Positions 1 to 10,047 are shown, numbered from the stretch's first letter. The stretch: 64,000 bases of DNA from an uncultured Nitrospiraceae bacterium (GCA_963727775.1 CAVSHB010000001.1:1408001-1472000); one strand, 5' to 3'. Numbers and translations: made by a program. Notes: generated by a model not told the origin, from the letters alone.

Positions 1-463
1 TGCCGTCGAAAGGGAAGGCAGGTATCTCTGAAGGCCCCGATCCTGTCGCTATTATTATCGTATCAGACTCTATCTTTTCCTTGAGGCCTTCTTTTGATGT
101 AAACAGTATGTCGCGGGGGGAAGTTAATATTCCGCGCCCCTCTTTGACGGTTATACCCCAGCTTTTAAAAAGGTTTCTTATCCCTTTTACCTGGGTGTTT
201 ACGATCCGGTCTTTTCTCTCCAAGATTACGGAAAAATTCGGGAGTATTTCACCCTTAAGTTCGATTCCATAATCATTCAATTTCCGTGCTTTGGCCAACA
301 CCTCGCATGAAGCGACAAGCGATTTTGTAGGTATGCATCCCCGGTTGAGACACGTGCCGCCGACTTCATTTTCTTCGATTACGGTGACCTGTGCGCCTAA
401 CTGAGCAGCCTTAAGCGCGGCAACGTACCCGCCGGGACCCGATCCAAGTACGGACAATTTCAT
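1..463 (-). CDS. lpdA: Dihydrolipoamide dehydrogenase (5' part; runs off the window start)
   Basis: Manual translation from the ATG at 463: MKLSVLGSGPGGYVAALKAAQLG...GGTCLNRGCIPTK (GxGxxG FAD motif and redox disulfide CLNRGC). ATGA overlap with the gcvH stop. Confidence 0.93.
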   Translation of the reverse strand, partial: MKLSVLGSGPGGYVAALKAAQLGAQVTVIEENEVGGTCLNRGCIPTKSLVASCEVLAKARKLNDYGIELKGEILPNFSVILERKDRIVNTQVKGIRNLFKSWGITVKEGRGILTSPRDILFTSKEGLKEKIESDTIIIATGSGPSEIPAFPFDG

Positions 464-846
464 TTTGCTTCTTCTTCGACATATTTGGTATATTCTGCAG
501 CATCCATAAGATCGTCAATCTCCGAGGAGTCATCAACCTCGATAACAGATATCCATCCTTTGCCGTAAGGGTCGTCATTCATTATCTCGGGAGATTCTGA
601 AAGGTCTTCGTTTACATCCATAACCCTTCCGCTCACAGGTGAGATAATTGATGAGGTCGCTTTAGTAGACTCGATTTCTCCGATCTCGCTGTTAACTTCC
701 ACATCCGTTTCAACCTCCGGCAAATCAATATAGACGATATCTCCGAGTGCATCCTGAGCATAATCGGTAATGCCTATTGTCGCTTTTTTGCCCGATACTC
801 TTACCCACATGTGTTCCTTATGGTATTTGAGATCATCTGGATTCAT
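460..846 (-). CDS. gcvH: Glycine cleavage system H protein
   Basis: GITDYAQDALGDIVY, lipoyl-lysine motif IESTKA, NDDPYGKGW. Confidence 0.96.
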   Translation of the reverse strand: MNPDDLKYHKEHMWVRVSGKKATIGITDYAQDALGDIVYIDLPEVETDVEVNSEIGEIESTKATSSIISPVSGRVMDVNEDLSESPEIMNDDPYGKGWISVIEVDDSSEIDDLMDAAEYTKYVEEEAK

Positions 847-981
847 TTATCCCTCCTTTAAAATTATACAACTCCAAATTTCTTATCATAGGTTTTTCTG
901 CTTTGTCAAGGAATTGATTCGCTTGACAGTTTTTTCTCATAGTTTTTATAATTATATAACTTTTTATTATGATCTTTAAGA

Positions 982-1476
982 ATGAAAATAATAATTCAGG
1001 ACATACCCAAGGAAGGGCTTGATGTAACTGTAGAGGAAACGATAGAATACGATGCCGTGTCCTCTCCTGTTTCAGCCCGGCTGAAAATTGAGAAGCTCGG
1101 CGCCGAGATTGTAGTAAAAGGTGATCTGACGGTTGGAATAAAGCTTCAGTGCAGCAGATGCCTGAAAGACTTTTATAGAACGGTGTCTGTCCCTGTTGAC
1201 GCAGTGTACCTTTCAATTGAAGAGCTTAAGGACGAAAACGGACGTGAGGTCAAGAATGAAGAACTTGATCTGGATTTTTATTCCGGTGATGAACTGGATC
1301 TGACGGACTTATTGAAAGAACAGGTAGTTCTCAATACGCCGATGAAGCCGCTCTGTGATGAATTATGCAGAGGTATATGTCCCGGATGCGGTGTAGATCT
1401 TAACAGTGGAAATTGTGCGTGCAGCGTAAAAAATATTGATACGCGGTTTGAAGGACTGAAAAAATTATTACAATAA
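982..1476 (+). CDS. yceD: DUF177/YceD family protein
   Basis: CSRCL and PMKPLCDELCRGICPGCG motifs; canonical position upstream of rpmF. Confidence 0.9.
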   Translation: MKIIIQDIPKEGLDVTVEETIEYDAVSSPVSARLKIEKLGAEIVVKGDLTVGIKLQCSRCLKDFYRTVSVPVDAVYLSIEELKDENGREVKNEELDLDFYSGDELDLTDLLKEQVVLNTPMKPLCDELCRGICPGCGVDLNSGNCACSVKNIDTRFEGLKKLLQ

Positions 1477-1491
1477 TGAAAGGAGTGAGAT

Positions 1492-1680
1492 TTGGCTAAC
1501 CCGACACATAGACATACAAGAACGAGGAGAGACAAGAGAAGGGCCAACTGGAAGGGACAGACTCCCAACCTGAGCCTGTGTCCTGATTGCAATGAAATAA
1601 AGCTTTCATTTAAGGTTTGTCCCAGTTGCGGTACATACAATGGCCGCAAGGTGCTCGATGTAGTTGAAAAAGAAGTATGA
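1492..1680 (+). CDS. rpmF: 50S ribosomal protein L32
   Basis: TTG start after AAAGGAG; RRDKRRA and CPDC...CPSCG zinc ribbon. Confidence 0.95.
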   Translation: MANPTHRHTRTRRDKRRANWKGQTPNLSLCPDCNEIKLSFKVCPSCGTYNGRKVLDVVEKEV

Positions 1681-2705
1681 AAATTGCCCTTGACGCTATG
1701 GGGGGTGATTACGCCCCCGCAGTGAATATCGAGGGCGCAATCGAGACTGTAAATGATTTTGATAATATAGATATTATCCTTGTCGGCGACGAGGGGAAAC
1801 TGTCAAGAGAACTTGACAATAAAAGGTTTCCTCCCAACCGTTTATCAATAAAACACACCTCACAGGTTGTCGGAATGGATGAATCTCCGACTGTTGCAGT
1901 AAGAAAGAAAAAGGATTCATCCATAAGAAAGGGCATTGATCTTGTAAAGACCGGAGAGGCAAACGCCTTCGTAAGCGCCGGCCACTCCGGCGTTGTGATG
2001 GCGACGGCGTTATTGGTGCTCGGCACTTCAGATGTCGTTGACAGGCCGGCGATAGCGACCATTATGCCTACTTTGAGGTCTCCTTTGGTACTCATCGACG
2101 CAGGCGCTAACCTTCACTGCAAGCCGCAGAATCTGCTCCAGTTCGCTCTTATGGGGAACACCTATTGCAGGATGATACTCGGAAGACAGGACCCCAGGGT
2201 GGCGCTCATAAGTACCGGCGAAGAGGACACAAAAGGGAATGAACTTACAAAAGAGACATTTAAACTCCTTAAGGAAGCGGATATCAATTTCATAGGCAAT
2301 GTTGACGGCAAGGACATATTTACAGGCGATATAGACGTTATCGTCTGCGACGGATTTACCGGCAACGTTATCCTTAAGACCAGCGAAGGTCTTGCAGACG
2401 CTCTGATGAAGATGTTGAAGAGGGAGATCGCAAATTTGACGGCCGGAAGGATCGGATACCTTTTAATGAAGCCGGCATTAAGGAATTTCAAGAAGAAGAC
2501 GGACTACGACGAGTATGGCGGAGCGCCTCTCCTTGGTATAAGCGGCACCTGTATTATAAGCCACGGCCGATCAACCGCAAAGGCAATACGTAACGCCATA
2601 AAAGTCGCATCGGATTTTGCCGAAAAAAAAGTATATGAGATAATATCGTCCGCTATAGAAAAGGATTTGTCGCACCACGAAAGGATGAAAATTGCTGAGA
2701 AGTAG
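1677..2705 (+). CDS. plsX: Phosphate acyltransferase PlsX
   Basis: IALDAMGGDYAP, DRPAI, CDGFTGNVILK, YGGAPLLG. Confidence 0.97.
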   Translation: MKIALDAMGGDYAPAVNIEGAIETVNDFDNIDIILVGDEGKLSRELDNKRFPPNRLSIKHTSQVVGMDESPTVAVRKKKDSSIRKGIDLVKTGEANAFVSAGHSGVVMATALLVLGTSDVVDRPAIATIMPTLRSPLVLIDAGANLHCKPQNLLQFALMGNTYCRMILGRQDPRVALISTGEEDTKGNELTKETFKLLKEADINFIGNVDGKDIFTGDIDVIVCDGFTGNVILKTSEGLADALMKMLKREIANLTAGRIGYLLMKPALRNFKKKTDYDEYGGAPLLGISGTCIISHGRSTAKAIRNAIKVASDFAEKKVYEIISSAIEKDLSHHERMKIAEK

Positions 2706-3672
2706 AATCATATCGACAGGCTCCTACCTTCCGGAAAAAATCCTTACAAATTATGATCTGGAAAAGATGGTTGACACCTCTGATGAATGGATAATAGAGA
2801 GGACAGGAATAAAAGAGAGAAGAATAGCCGATGAAGGTCAGACTGCGTCTGATCTTGCCTATGACGCTTCAAAGACTGCGCTGAAAAAAGCTGGTCTGAA
2901 AGCCGAAGACATCGACCTTATCATTGTCGCAACAGTTACGGGAGATATGCCTTTTCCTTCAACTGCATGTTTTCTGCAGGGGAAACTCGGTGCGGTAAAT
3001 GCAGCCGGTTTCGACGTAAATGCGGCCTGTTCTGGATTCCTTTATGGTCTTTATATCGCGGATGGGTTTATAAAATCCGGCATGCATAAAAAAATCCTTG
3101 TAGTTGGAACAGAGGTGTTGTCAAAGATCACGGATTGGGATGACAGGGCTACGTGTGTAATTTTCGGCGATGGGGCGGGCGCGGTTATTGTCGGACCTAC
3201 AGATGAAGACCGGGGGATACTTTCAGCGCATATAAACTGCGACGGAAGGATGTGGGATTTTATCCATATACCGGGAGGGGGATCGAAAAACCCGGCTTCT
3301 GTTGAATCCTTGGAACAAAGACTTCACTATATAAAGATGAAGGGAAATGAAACTTTCAAGGTCGCGGTAAGGACACTGGAAGAACTGGGCGTTAAAACCC
3401 TTGAAGAGAACAATTTGGATTCGACGAAGCTTTCACTCTTGGTACCGCATCAGGCGAACCTCAGGATAATACAGGCGACTGCCGACAGACTCAAACTGCC
3501 GATAGACAAAGTCTTCATAAATCTCGACAAATACGGAAATACATCCGCTGCATCCATACCGATAGCCCTCGATGAGGCCGTCACGTCCGGTAGGATCAAC
3601 GCAGGGGATTATGTACTCCTTGAAGCCTTCGGGGGTGGGCTTACGTGGGCATCTGCGCTAATAAAGTGGTAA
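2692..3672 (+). CDS. fabH: Beta-ketoacyl-ACP synthase III
   Basis: Catalytic triad motifs AACSG, PHQAN, YGNTSAAS; ends FGGGLTW. Confidence 0.97.
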   Translation: MLRSRIISTGSYLPEKILTNYDLEKMVDTSDEWIIERTGIKERRIADEGQTASDLAYDASKTALKKAGLKAEDIDLIIVATVTGDMPFPSTACFLQGKLGAVNAAGFDVNAACSGFLYGLYIADGFIKSGMHKKILVVGTEVLSKITDWDDRATCVIFGDGAGAVIVGPTDEDRGILSAHINCDGRMWDFIHIPGGGSKNPASVESLEQRLHYIKMKGNETFKVAVRTLEELGVKTLEENNLDSTKLSLLVPHQANLRIIQATADRLKLPIDKVFINLDKYGNTSAASIPIALDEAVTSGRINAGDYVLLEAFGGGLTWASALIKW

Positions 3673-5808
3673 ACTCCTGACCTCCGTATCAATGAGTTGT
3701 CTGACGACTGAGAGGAGCTCAAGCCTTTCAAACGGCTTTTTAACAACGGCATCTATCATTTTTCTTATGGTTATTCTTTCATTGCCGTAACCGGAAACTA
3801 CGATTATCTTAATATCCGGTTTTATTTCTTTCAGACGTCTTATCAGCTCGTCCCCTTCCATAAGCGGCATCATAATATCCGTTATCACAAGCTGGATCTT
3901 CGCGGAGAAATTGTTGAACATGTCTATTGCGGTCAGAGGATTATCAAAGGGCATAACATCATATCTACTGGTTTCAAGGATATCTTTAATGAGTTTGAGA
4001 ACATCTTTATCGTCGTCAATAACGAGAATGTTTTCATGTCCTTCCAGGGAAACGGGTTGAGACTTCGATAACTTATGGACGATTTTTTCGGAAGATGGTA
4101 TAAAAATATCAAAAGTTGTGCCTTTCCCGACTTCACTCCGGACAGAGATATACCCGTTATGGTCCTTAATGATGCCATAGACAGAAGCAAGTCCCAATCC
4201 CGTGCCTTTACCTTTTTCTTTCGTAGTGAAAAAAGGGTCGAATATCTTGTTCATTATATCCTTGTTTATGCCGCATCCCGTGTCTGATACCGTCAGAACA
4301 ACATATTTACCGGGTGCGACGCTGCCTGATATGTCGGGGTTTTCTTTTCCGATCTCGACGAGATTGGTCCGGACTGACAGGAGACCTCCATCGGGCATCG
4401 CATCTCTCGCATTTACCATGAGATTCATAATGACCCGTTCGAGCTGGTTAGGGTCGCCCTGGAGAGAAGGGAGATTGTTATATAAATCTATCTTCAGCCC
4501 TATCCTTTTATTGAGAACTCCCTCAAAAAGCTTGACGGAATCACTAACAATATCATTCAGATTCAGCGGCAGGACTTCATGCACCTCTCTCCTTGCGAAG
4601 CTCAGAAGTTTTGAGACCATGACACCGGCTTTACGGGAAGAGCTTTCAATATTTTTGACTCTTTGCCGTGAAGTTTCGTCTATGTTACTGTACTCAAGCA
4701 GCAGTTCCGAATAGCCTAAAATGGACGTCAATATATTATTGAAGTTATGCGCAATCCCACCCGCAAGCGCCCCTATGGAATCCATTTTCTGGGAATGCAT
4801 GAGTTGTTCCTGTATTTTTTTCTTTTCAGTAATATCCCTGTAGAATGACTGGATATACGTTTCACCTCCTATATCGATAGACTTTGCGCTTATCTCCAGG
4901 AGGGTTTTGCTGCCATCTTTTTTATAATGCTCCGTCTCAAAGATGAGTGTTTCGCCGTTAAGAATCCTTGACATCCTCTCGTCATGTTTTTCTTTATTAT
5001 TTCCTGCCTCAAGAAGGCCGGTATTGATTCCGATTAATGCATCGCAGTCAAAACCATGAATTTCGCACGCCTTTTGATTGACATTCATGATTACTCCGTT
5101 CTTGTCCAGTACCATGATGCCGTCCGTCGCATTATCAAAAATAGACCTGTGCCATTTTTCCGATATTGCAAGCTCTTTTGTCCTCTCCTGTACCAGTTCT
5201 TCAAGCTGGGTAGAATATGTCTCGAGTTCGCGTTTGTCTTTATCGAGCTCATACTGAAGACTTAACTCATTAGTCAGACTCCGCTGGCTTAGAAATCTCC
5301 AGATTAAGGCGATATTGACAATACTTATCAAAAACGCATTATTGCTTACAAACAATTGCATATTTGTAATACTATCAAAGATCAAAATCGGGAAAAGATA
5401 AATGGAATAAGTAATTGCTACAAGTGTGAGCGACATTTTGAAAGGAAGGGGAAGGACACCCAACAAAAATACAACGGTGATTATCATTCCTGCATAGTAA
5501 GTTGATTGGTGGCCTCCATATGAGAGTATCATAAGCTCAACAGTTGAAGATGTAATGATGACAGTTAATATCAATAAGATATTCTGAGAAAGCTTGCGTT
5601 TACTTTTGCGGTTGAACAAAAACATAATAATCATCATAGTCGTACAAATTGATCGGTAGGTAAAAAATCTGACAAAATTATGCGGGGTTACAAAATAGTC
5701 TAAAGCACTTAATGCAAGAAAAATAAAAGAGGCCGTTACCAAACCGAAAGACAACCAATATTTGGTCAACTTAAAAAGCTCTTGTTCTAAATACTGATTT
5801 TTGTCCAT
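3658..5808 (-). CDS. Membrane-bound hybrid sensor histidine kinase (multi-TM input, PAS, HisKA, HATPase, REC); input domain resembles PhcS
   Basis: About 5-6 N-terminal hydrophobic helices with LDYFVTP and GGHQSTYYAG; PAS domain; H-box IAHNFNN; PFFTTKEKGKGTGLGL; receiver VITDIMMP. Confidence 0.9.
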   Translation of the reverse strand: MDKNQYLEQELFKLTKYWLSFGLVTASFIFLALSALDYFVTPHNFVRFFTYRSICTTMMIIMFLFNRKSKRKLSQNILLILTVIITSSTVELMILSYGGHQSTYYAGMIITVVFLLGVLPLPFKMSLTLVAITYSIYLFPILIFDSITNMQLFVSNNAFLISIVNIALIWRFLSQRSLTNELSLQYELDKDKRELETYSTQLEELVQERTKELAISEKWHRSIFDNATDGIMVLDKNGVIMNVNQKACEIHGFDCDALIGINTGLLEAGNNKEKHDERMSRILNGETLIFETEHYKKDGSKTLLEISAKSIDIGGETYIQSFYRDITEKKKIQEQLMHSQKMDSIGALAGGIAHNFNNILTSILGYSELLLEYSNIDETSRQRVKNIESSSRKAGVMVSKLLSFARREVHEVLPLNLNDIVSDSVKLFEGVLNKRIGLKIDLYNNLPSLQGDPNQLERVIMNLMVNARDAMPDGGLLSVRTNLVEIGKENPDISGSVAPGKYVVLTVSDTGCGINKDIMNKIFDPFFTTKEKGKGTGLGLASVYGIIKDHNGYISVRSEVGKGTTFDIFIPSSEKIVHKLSKSQPVSLEGHENILVIDDDKDVLKLIKDILETSRYDVMPFDNPLTAIDMFNNFSAKIQLVITDIMMPLMEGDELIRRLKEIKPDIKIIVVSGYGNERITIRKMIDAVVKKPFERLELLSVVRQLIDTEVRSLPLY

Positions 5809-5899
5809 TGCCCGCCTTATTGATCGACGTTAGAATATCATTATTTTACCAAATAACTTTTTAAAATATAGAAACATAATTTCGTATCAATAATATGCT

Positions 5900-6160
5900 C
5901 TAAAGTAAAGCCTTGTTTTTTTGTTCAATCAGTTCTTTGGTCAGATCGATTACCTGTTTCACCGTAGTAATCCCGGGTATATCCTCATCTCGTATGGATA
6001 TTTTATATTTCTTTTCAATTGCCACTACTATCTCAATGGACTTGATTGAGTCAATATCTAAATCGTCGGCTAATTTTGTGTCCGATGACATTTCATCTTC
6101 ATCTGTCCCTGAAATCTCTGAGATTATTGCCGTAATTTCTTTTCCTATGTTGTCAGACAT
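5900..6160 (-). CDS. Acyl carrier protein (cluster-specific)
   Basis: Acidic 86-aa protein with LDIDSI phosphopantetheine serine motif. Confidence 0.92.
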   Translation of the reverse strand: MSDNIGKEITAIISEISGTDEDEMSSDTKLADDLDIDSIKSIEIVVAIEKKYKISIRDEDIPGITTVKQVIDLTKELIEQKNKALL

Positions 6161-6162
6161 GT

Positions 6163-7404
6163 CTAATTTTCCTCCCTATCATATATTTTTTTTAAAACCA
6201 TTGAAGCATTATTACCTCCAAAAGCATATGAATTATTCAAAGCAATATGAACGGCGCTTTTTCTGGCCTCATTCGGAACGCAGTCGATGTCACATTCGGG
6301 ATCAAGAGTCTCAAAATTGATTGTGGGCGGGATCACGTTGTTCTTTACAACCAAAGCGCAGGCTATTGCCTCGAGCGCAGAGGCTGCGCCCATTGCATGA
6401 CCTATCATGGATTTGATGGAGCTTACCGGTACTTTCCTGTAAAGCGTACCAAATACCTCTTTAATTGCCGCGCATTCCGCCCTGTCATTTGCCGGAGTTC
6501 CCGTTCCGTGTGCGCTGATATAGCCGATATCCTTTATTTGGATATCCGAATATCTAATCGCTTTCCTCATACATTCTGAAATGCCTTCAACAGAAGGATG
6601 GGTCATATGACTTGCATCGCAGCTGAGCCCGTAGCCGAGTATCTCGGCATAGATTTGGGCCTTCCTTTCTAAAGCGTGGTTTAAAGATTCCAAGACCAGG
6701 ACGCCTGAGCCTTCTGCCGGCATCATCCCTTTCCTGTTTTTATCGAAGGGCTGACACTTTTCCGGTGCCACCGCTCCAAGTTGATTGAAGCCGGTAAATT
6801 CAATCCGGGACAAAGCATCTGAGGCGCCTGCCAGTACAATATCCGCTCTGTTCAATTTGATCATGTCATAGCCGTAACATATAGCATAATTACCCGCTGC
6901 GCAGGCTGTGGAAAACATAATATTCGGACCGTGTAATTGAAATTCCGAGGCTATGCGTGAAGGAGTTTCATGCGCCGGAAGCTGAGATACCAGTCCTTTA
7001 CCGATATTGCCATATTCTTTATTTACTAATAAGTCATCAATTGCTTCAATAGTCTGGACCGCGCCGAGCGTAGTGCCGAAAGAAACACCTACCTCGCTTT
7101 CGGCTAACTCTTGTTCTGTCAAAGCAGCGTCTTCAATCGCGAGTTTTGCTGACGCTATTGCCATTTGCGTTGAACGGCCCATGAACGGTATACGTTCAAA
7201 CGGAATAAAATCCTCGGGGTGAAATATCTTTACTTCACCGCCATAATGAGTGAAATGCGCTGATGTGTCAAAAGATGAAATCTTGCTTATGCCTGATTTC
7301 CCGTTCAAGAGATTATTCCAGAAATCTTTTTTACCGATGCCTATTGAAGATACAACGCCAATCCCTGTTATAACGGTCCTATGATTGTATGACGTTACTT
7401 TCAT
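6163..7404 (-). CDS. Beta-ketoacyl-ACP synthase (FabF/type II PKS KS-like, catalytically intact)
   Basis: STACAAG (Cys), SAHGTGT (His), KSMIGH (His), AFGGNN. Confidence 0.93.
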   Translation of the reverse strand: MKVTSYNHRTVITGIGVVSSIGIGKKDFWNNLLNGKSGISKISSFDTSAHFTHYGGEVKIFHPEDFIPFERIPFMGRSTQMAIASAKLAIEDAALTEQELAESEVGVSFGTTLGAVQTIEAIDDLLVNKEYGNIGKGLVSQLPAHETPSRIASEFQLHGPNIMFSTACAAGNYAICYGYDMIKLNRADIVLAGASDALSRIEFTGFNQLGAVAPEKCQPFDKNRKGMMPAEGSGVLVLESLNHALERKAQIYAEILGYGLSCDASHMTHPSVEGISECMRKAIRYSDIQIKDIGYISAHGTGTPANDRAECAAIKEVFGTLYRKVPVSSIKSMIGHAMGAASALEAIACALVVKNNVIPPTINFETLDPECDIDCVPNEARKSAVHIALNNSYAFGGNNASMVLKKIYDREEN

Positions 7405-7414
7405 GATAAATATG

Positions 7415-8275
7415 CTAATTCTTGGTACACAGGAATCTCCCGTATTTTAAATAGTCATAGTGGGTCTTAATCATGGCCTTTAAATAATGATGGGCCTTAG
7501 CAAAGTATTCTTCATAACCGATCTTTATATAATAAGACTGCGCCATCTCCAGTTCCCTTAAACGGGCGCGCAATCCACGATCGACGATATCAGTCGTATC
7601 TTCTGCATGAAGAACAACAAACCCGGCTTTTTCCAATATTTTTTGTGTTTCTTCAATGCTATTCTGGAACCAGACGCCTTCTGCGTAAATCCCAGGAAAA
7701 TCGCCGCCGGCATCGTTAAGATCACTTTTTTCACCTTTGAGCCATTCATGGAACCCCATAAGACCGCCTTTTTTCAAAGCTTTGAATAGTCCGGCCAATG
7801 CAGTTTTCTGGTCTCTCCAGTGACACATCGTTTCATTATGAAAAATTTTATCAAACATGTCTTCTGCAAAATCCAATTTATGGACGTCTCTGACTTTTCT
7901 CTCGATTAAATGGTCCACTCCTTCAAGGCGATCACAATCAACCGCTTTATTGATCTGGTCCGGATTAATGTCAAAAGCGATGATTCTGCAACCGCGTGTC
8001 TTGGCGATAAGCCTTGTAGGCGCCCCATTGCCGCAGCCGGCGTCTAATAATAAATCATCTTTGTTAATGTTCATCATATTGATCAATTTGAGGACCTCGG
8101 ATTGCAGATGATGCGATAAGCTCTCTATGTCGAGGATGTTTCTGTTTGTGCTTTTGGGGTCGATTCCAAGGACATGGTATAACTTTTGAAGTTCTTCCGC
8201 CGTATAGACCATAAAACCGGTATTGTACGAGTAGCTTTTAAATAGATTCTTTGTGACATTCTCTTCATATGACAT
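7415..8275 (-). CDS. Class I SAM-dependent methyltransferase
   Basis: LLDAGCGNGAP motif I, IIAFDIN motif II, LKKGG. Confidence 0.88.
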   Translation of the reverse strand: MSYEENVTKNLFKSYSYNTGFMVYTAEELQKLYHVLGIDPKSTNRNILDIESLSHHLQSEVLKLINMMNINKDDLLLDAGCGNGAPTRLIAKTRGCRIIAFDINPDQINKAVDCDRLEGVDHLIERKVRDVHKLDFAEDMFDKIFHNETMCHWRDQKTALAGLFKALKKGGLMGFHEWLKGEKSDLNDAGGDFPGIYAEGVWFQNSIEETQKILEKAGFVVLHAEDTTDIVDRGLRARLRELEMAQSYYIKIGYEEYFAKAHHYLKAMIKTHYDYLKYGRFLCTKN

Positions 8276-8295
8276 TTTTGCCTCCGTGATATGGA

Positions 8296-8730
8296 TTAAT
8301 CTTTTACACTAAAAACGAGCTCTGCCTCTGAAACCTTTTTTTCATCAACGAATGCCTCCGCAGATATATAAGCGCCGTTGGGCAGAGATTTAATGTTCAC
8401 AACCTTTATCCTTAACTGGTCTCCCGGCACGACGGGATGGAGAAACCTGGCCTTAACAGATCCGAAATAATAAAGAGGATTTTCAGCGCCTTTTCCTTTC
8501 TTCTCAGTGGCGAAAAGAACGATGGAGGTCTGGGCCATTGCCTCTATTATTGCGGCCCCCGGAAAAACGGCTTTTTCAGGGAAATGCCCGAGAAAGAAAA
8601 TATCGTTGCCGGAAATATTTTTTACAGCCGATGCTTCTTTCCCAGGCTCTAAATTCAGGACTTTGTCTATCATAATAAACGGGAAGCGCTGGGGTATCAG
8701 CTTCTTTATCTCTTCAAAATCAAGTTGCAT
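8296..8730 (-). CDS. 3-hydroxyacyl-ACP dehydratase, FabZ-like
   Basis: LIPQRFPFIMIDKV, FLGHFP, FPGAAIIEAMAQ; start moved to MQLDF at 8730 after GGAGG. Confidence 0.92.
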   Translation of the reverse strand: MQLDFEEIKKLIPQRFPFIMIDKVLNLEPGKEASAVKNISGNDIFFLGHFPEKAVFPGAAIIEAMAQTSIVLFATEKKGKGAENPLYYFGSVKARFLHPVVPGDQLRIKVVNIKSLPNGAYISAEAFVDEKKVSEAELVFSVKD

Positions 8731-8797
8731 AATTTGCCCTCCAAAAAACCTGACGCAAGACGCAGGATGCACGTGCAATCATGATGCATTATGGTAT

Positions 8798-10045
8798 TTA
8801 TTGTCTTGTATTCTGTTCATACTTTCGGATTATAACAGCAGAGTTGTTTCCGTATGGATCGGATGATATAACCAGTGCATTCTTGATATCTTTCCGTCTC
8901 GGTTGATTCGGAACGTAATCGAGATCGCAATTAAGGTCTTTTTCCTTATAGTTCACTGTTGGCGGAATATATCCCTCTGTTATGGCGCGTAGGGCGGCTG
9001 CAACTGATAAAGCCCCGGAAGCAGAGAAAGATTCACCCACCATAGATTTTATTGAACTTACCGGTATATCACGAGAATGTTCCCCGAAGACATCCTTTAT
9101 GACCTTCGTTTCCATCATGTCCAATCCTTTAGTTGAGTTTGCGGTGGAAGATATATATTCCACTGCTTCGGGAGGCAGAGAGGCATCCTTTAAGGCAAGA
9201 GTTATGGCTTTTTTCAGGCCATTCCCTGTGTAATTAAAATAGCAGTCTGTTCCCGGATCAAAGGAATTACCATGCCCGGCGATTTTGGCCAGGATGTTTG
9301 CTCCCCGAATCAAGGCATGTCCCTCTTCTTCGAGAACAATAATTGCTGCGCCTTCGGAAAAGATGGCACCATTCCTACGTGCATCAAAGGGGCAGCACAC
9401 AGGTTCGGAGCCATCGGACCCTGAAAGATACCCAAGTTTATGTAAAAATAGGAAAGTTTCCTCACATAATTCTTCAACCCCGCCGGCAAGAACTGCGCTG
9501 ACCCTATTGAGTCGAATGAAGTCTGCGGCGTATGAGAGGGCATCAAGGCTTGCGCAGAAACCGGTTGATACGGTTGTGTTGAACCCCTTTATTTTGAAAC
9601 GGATAGAGACCTGGCTTGCCGGAGAATTAAGCACTGTATTGGGAAAATGTGATGGATTGACATACTTAGGTCCTTCAATAAGACCTTCACGGTCAAACTG
9701 AGAAATACTATGAAGACTTCCGAATGTTGAGCCGACAGAGACACCTATGGAACCCGCATTCTCTTCAGTGATCTGGAGCCCGGCGTCATCAATAGCAAGC
9801 TTTGCGGCTGAACAGATCAATTTCGTGCTTCTGTCAAGCGTGCGAAGTCCTTTTTTGCCAAGAAATGCCGCCGGGTCAAAACGAGTTATCTCCCCCGCGA
9901 TATGGACATTAAAATCTGCTGTATCAAAGAGATTTATTGTTCCGAATCCTGTCTCTCCTCTGAATAAGCCTCCACAGTATTCTTCTTTGCCTATGCCTAC
10001 AGGTGAAAGGACACCTATGCCTGTCACAACAACATTTTTCTTCAT
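8798..10045 (-). CDS. Ketosynthase-fold protein lacking catalytic residues (chain-length-factor-like)
   Basis: Full KS fold, but STGFCAS / SSTANST / KSMVGE replace TACxx / AHGTGT / KSxxGH. Confidence 0.85.
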   Translation of the reverse strand: MKKNVVVTGIGVLSPVGIGKEEYCGGLFRGETGFGTINLFDTADFNVHIAGEITRFDPAAFLGKKGLRTLDRSTKLICSAAKLAIDDAGLQITEENAGSIGVSVGSTFGSLHSISQFDREGLIEGPKYVNPSHFPNTVLNSPASQVSIRFKIKGFNTTVSTGFCASLDALSYAADFIRLNRVSAVLAGGVEELCEETFLFLHKLGYLSGSDGSEPVCCPFDARRNGAIFSEGAAIIVLEEEGHALIRGANILAKIAGHGNSFDPGTDCYFNYTGNGLKKAITLALKDASLPPEAVEYISSTANSTKGLDMMETKVIKDVFGEHSRDIPVSSIKSMVGESFSASGALSVAAALRAITEGYIPPTVNYKEKDLNCDLDYVPNQPRRKDIKNALVISSDPYGNNSAVIIRKYEQNTRQ

Positions 10046-10047
10046 TC

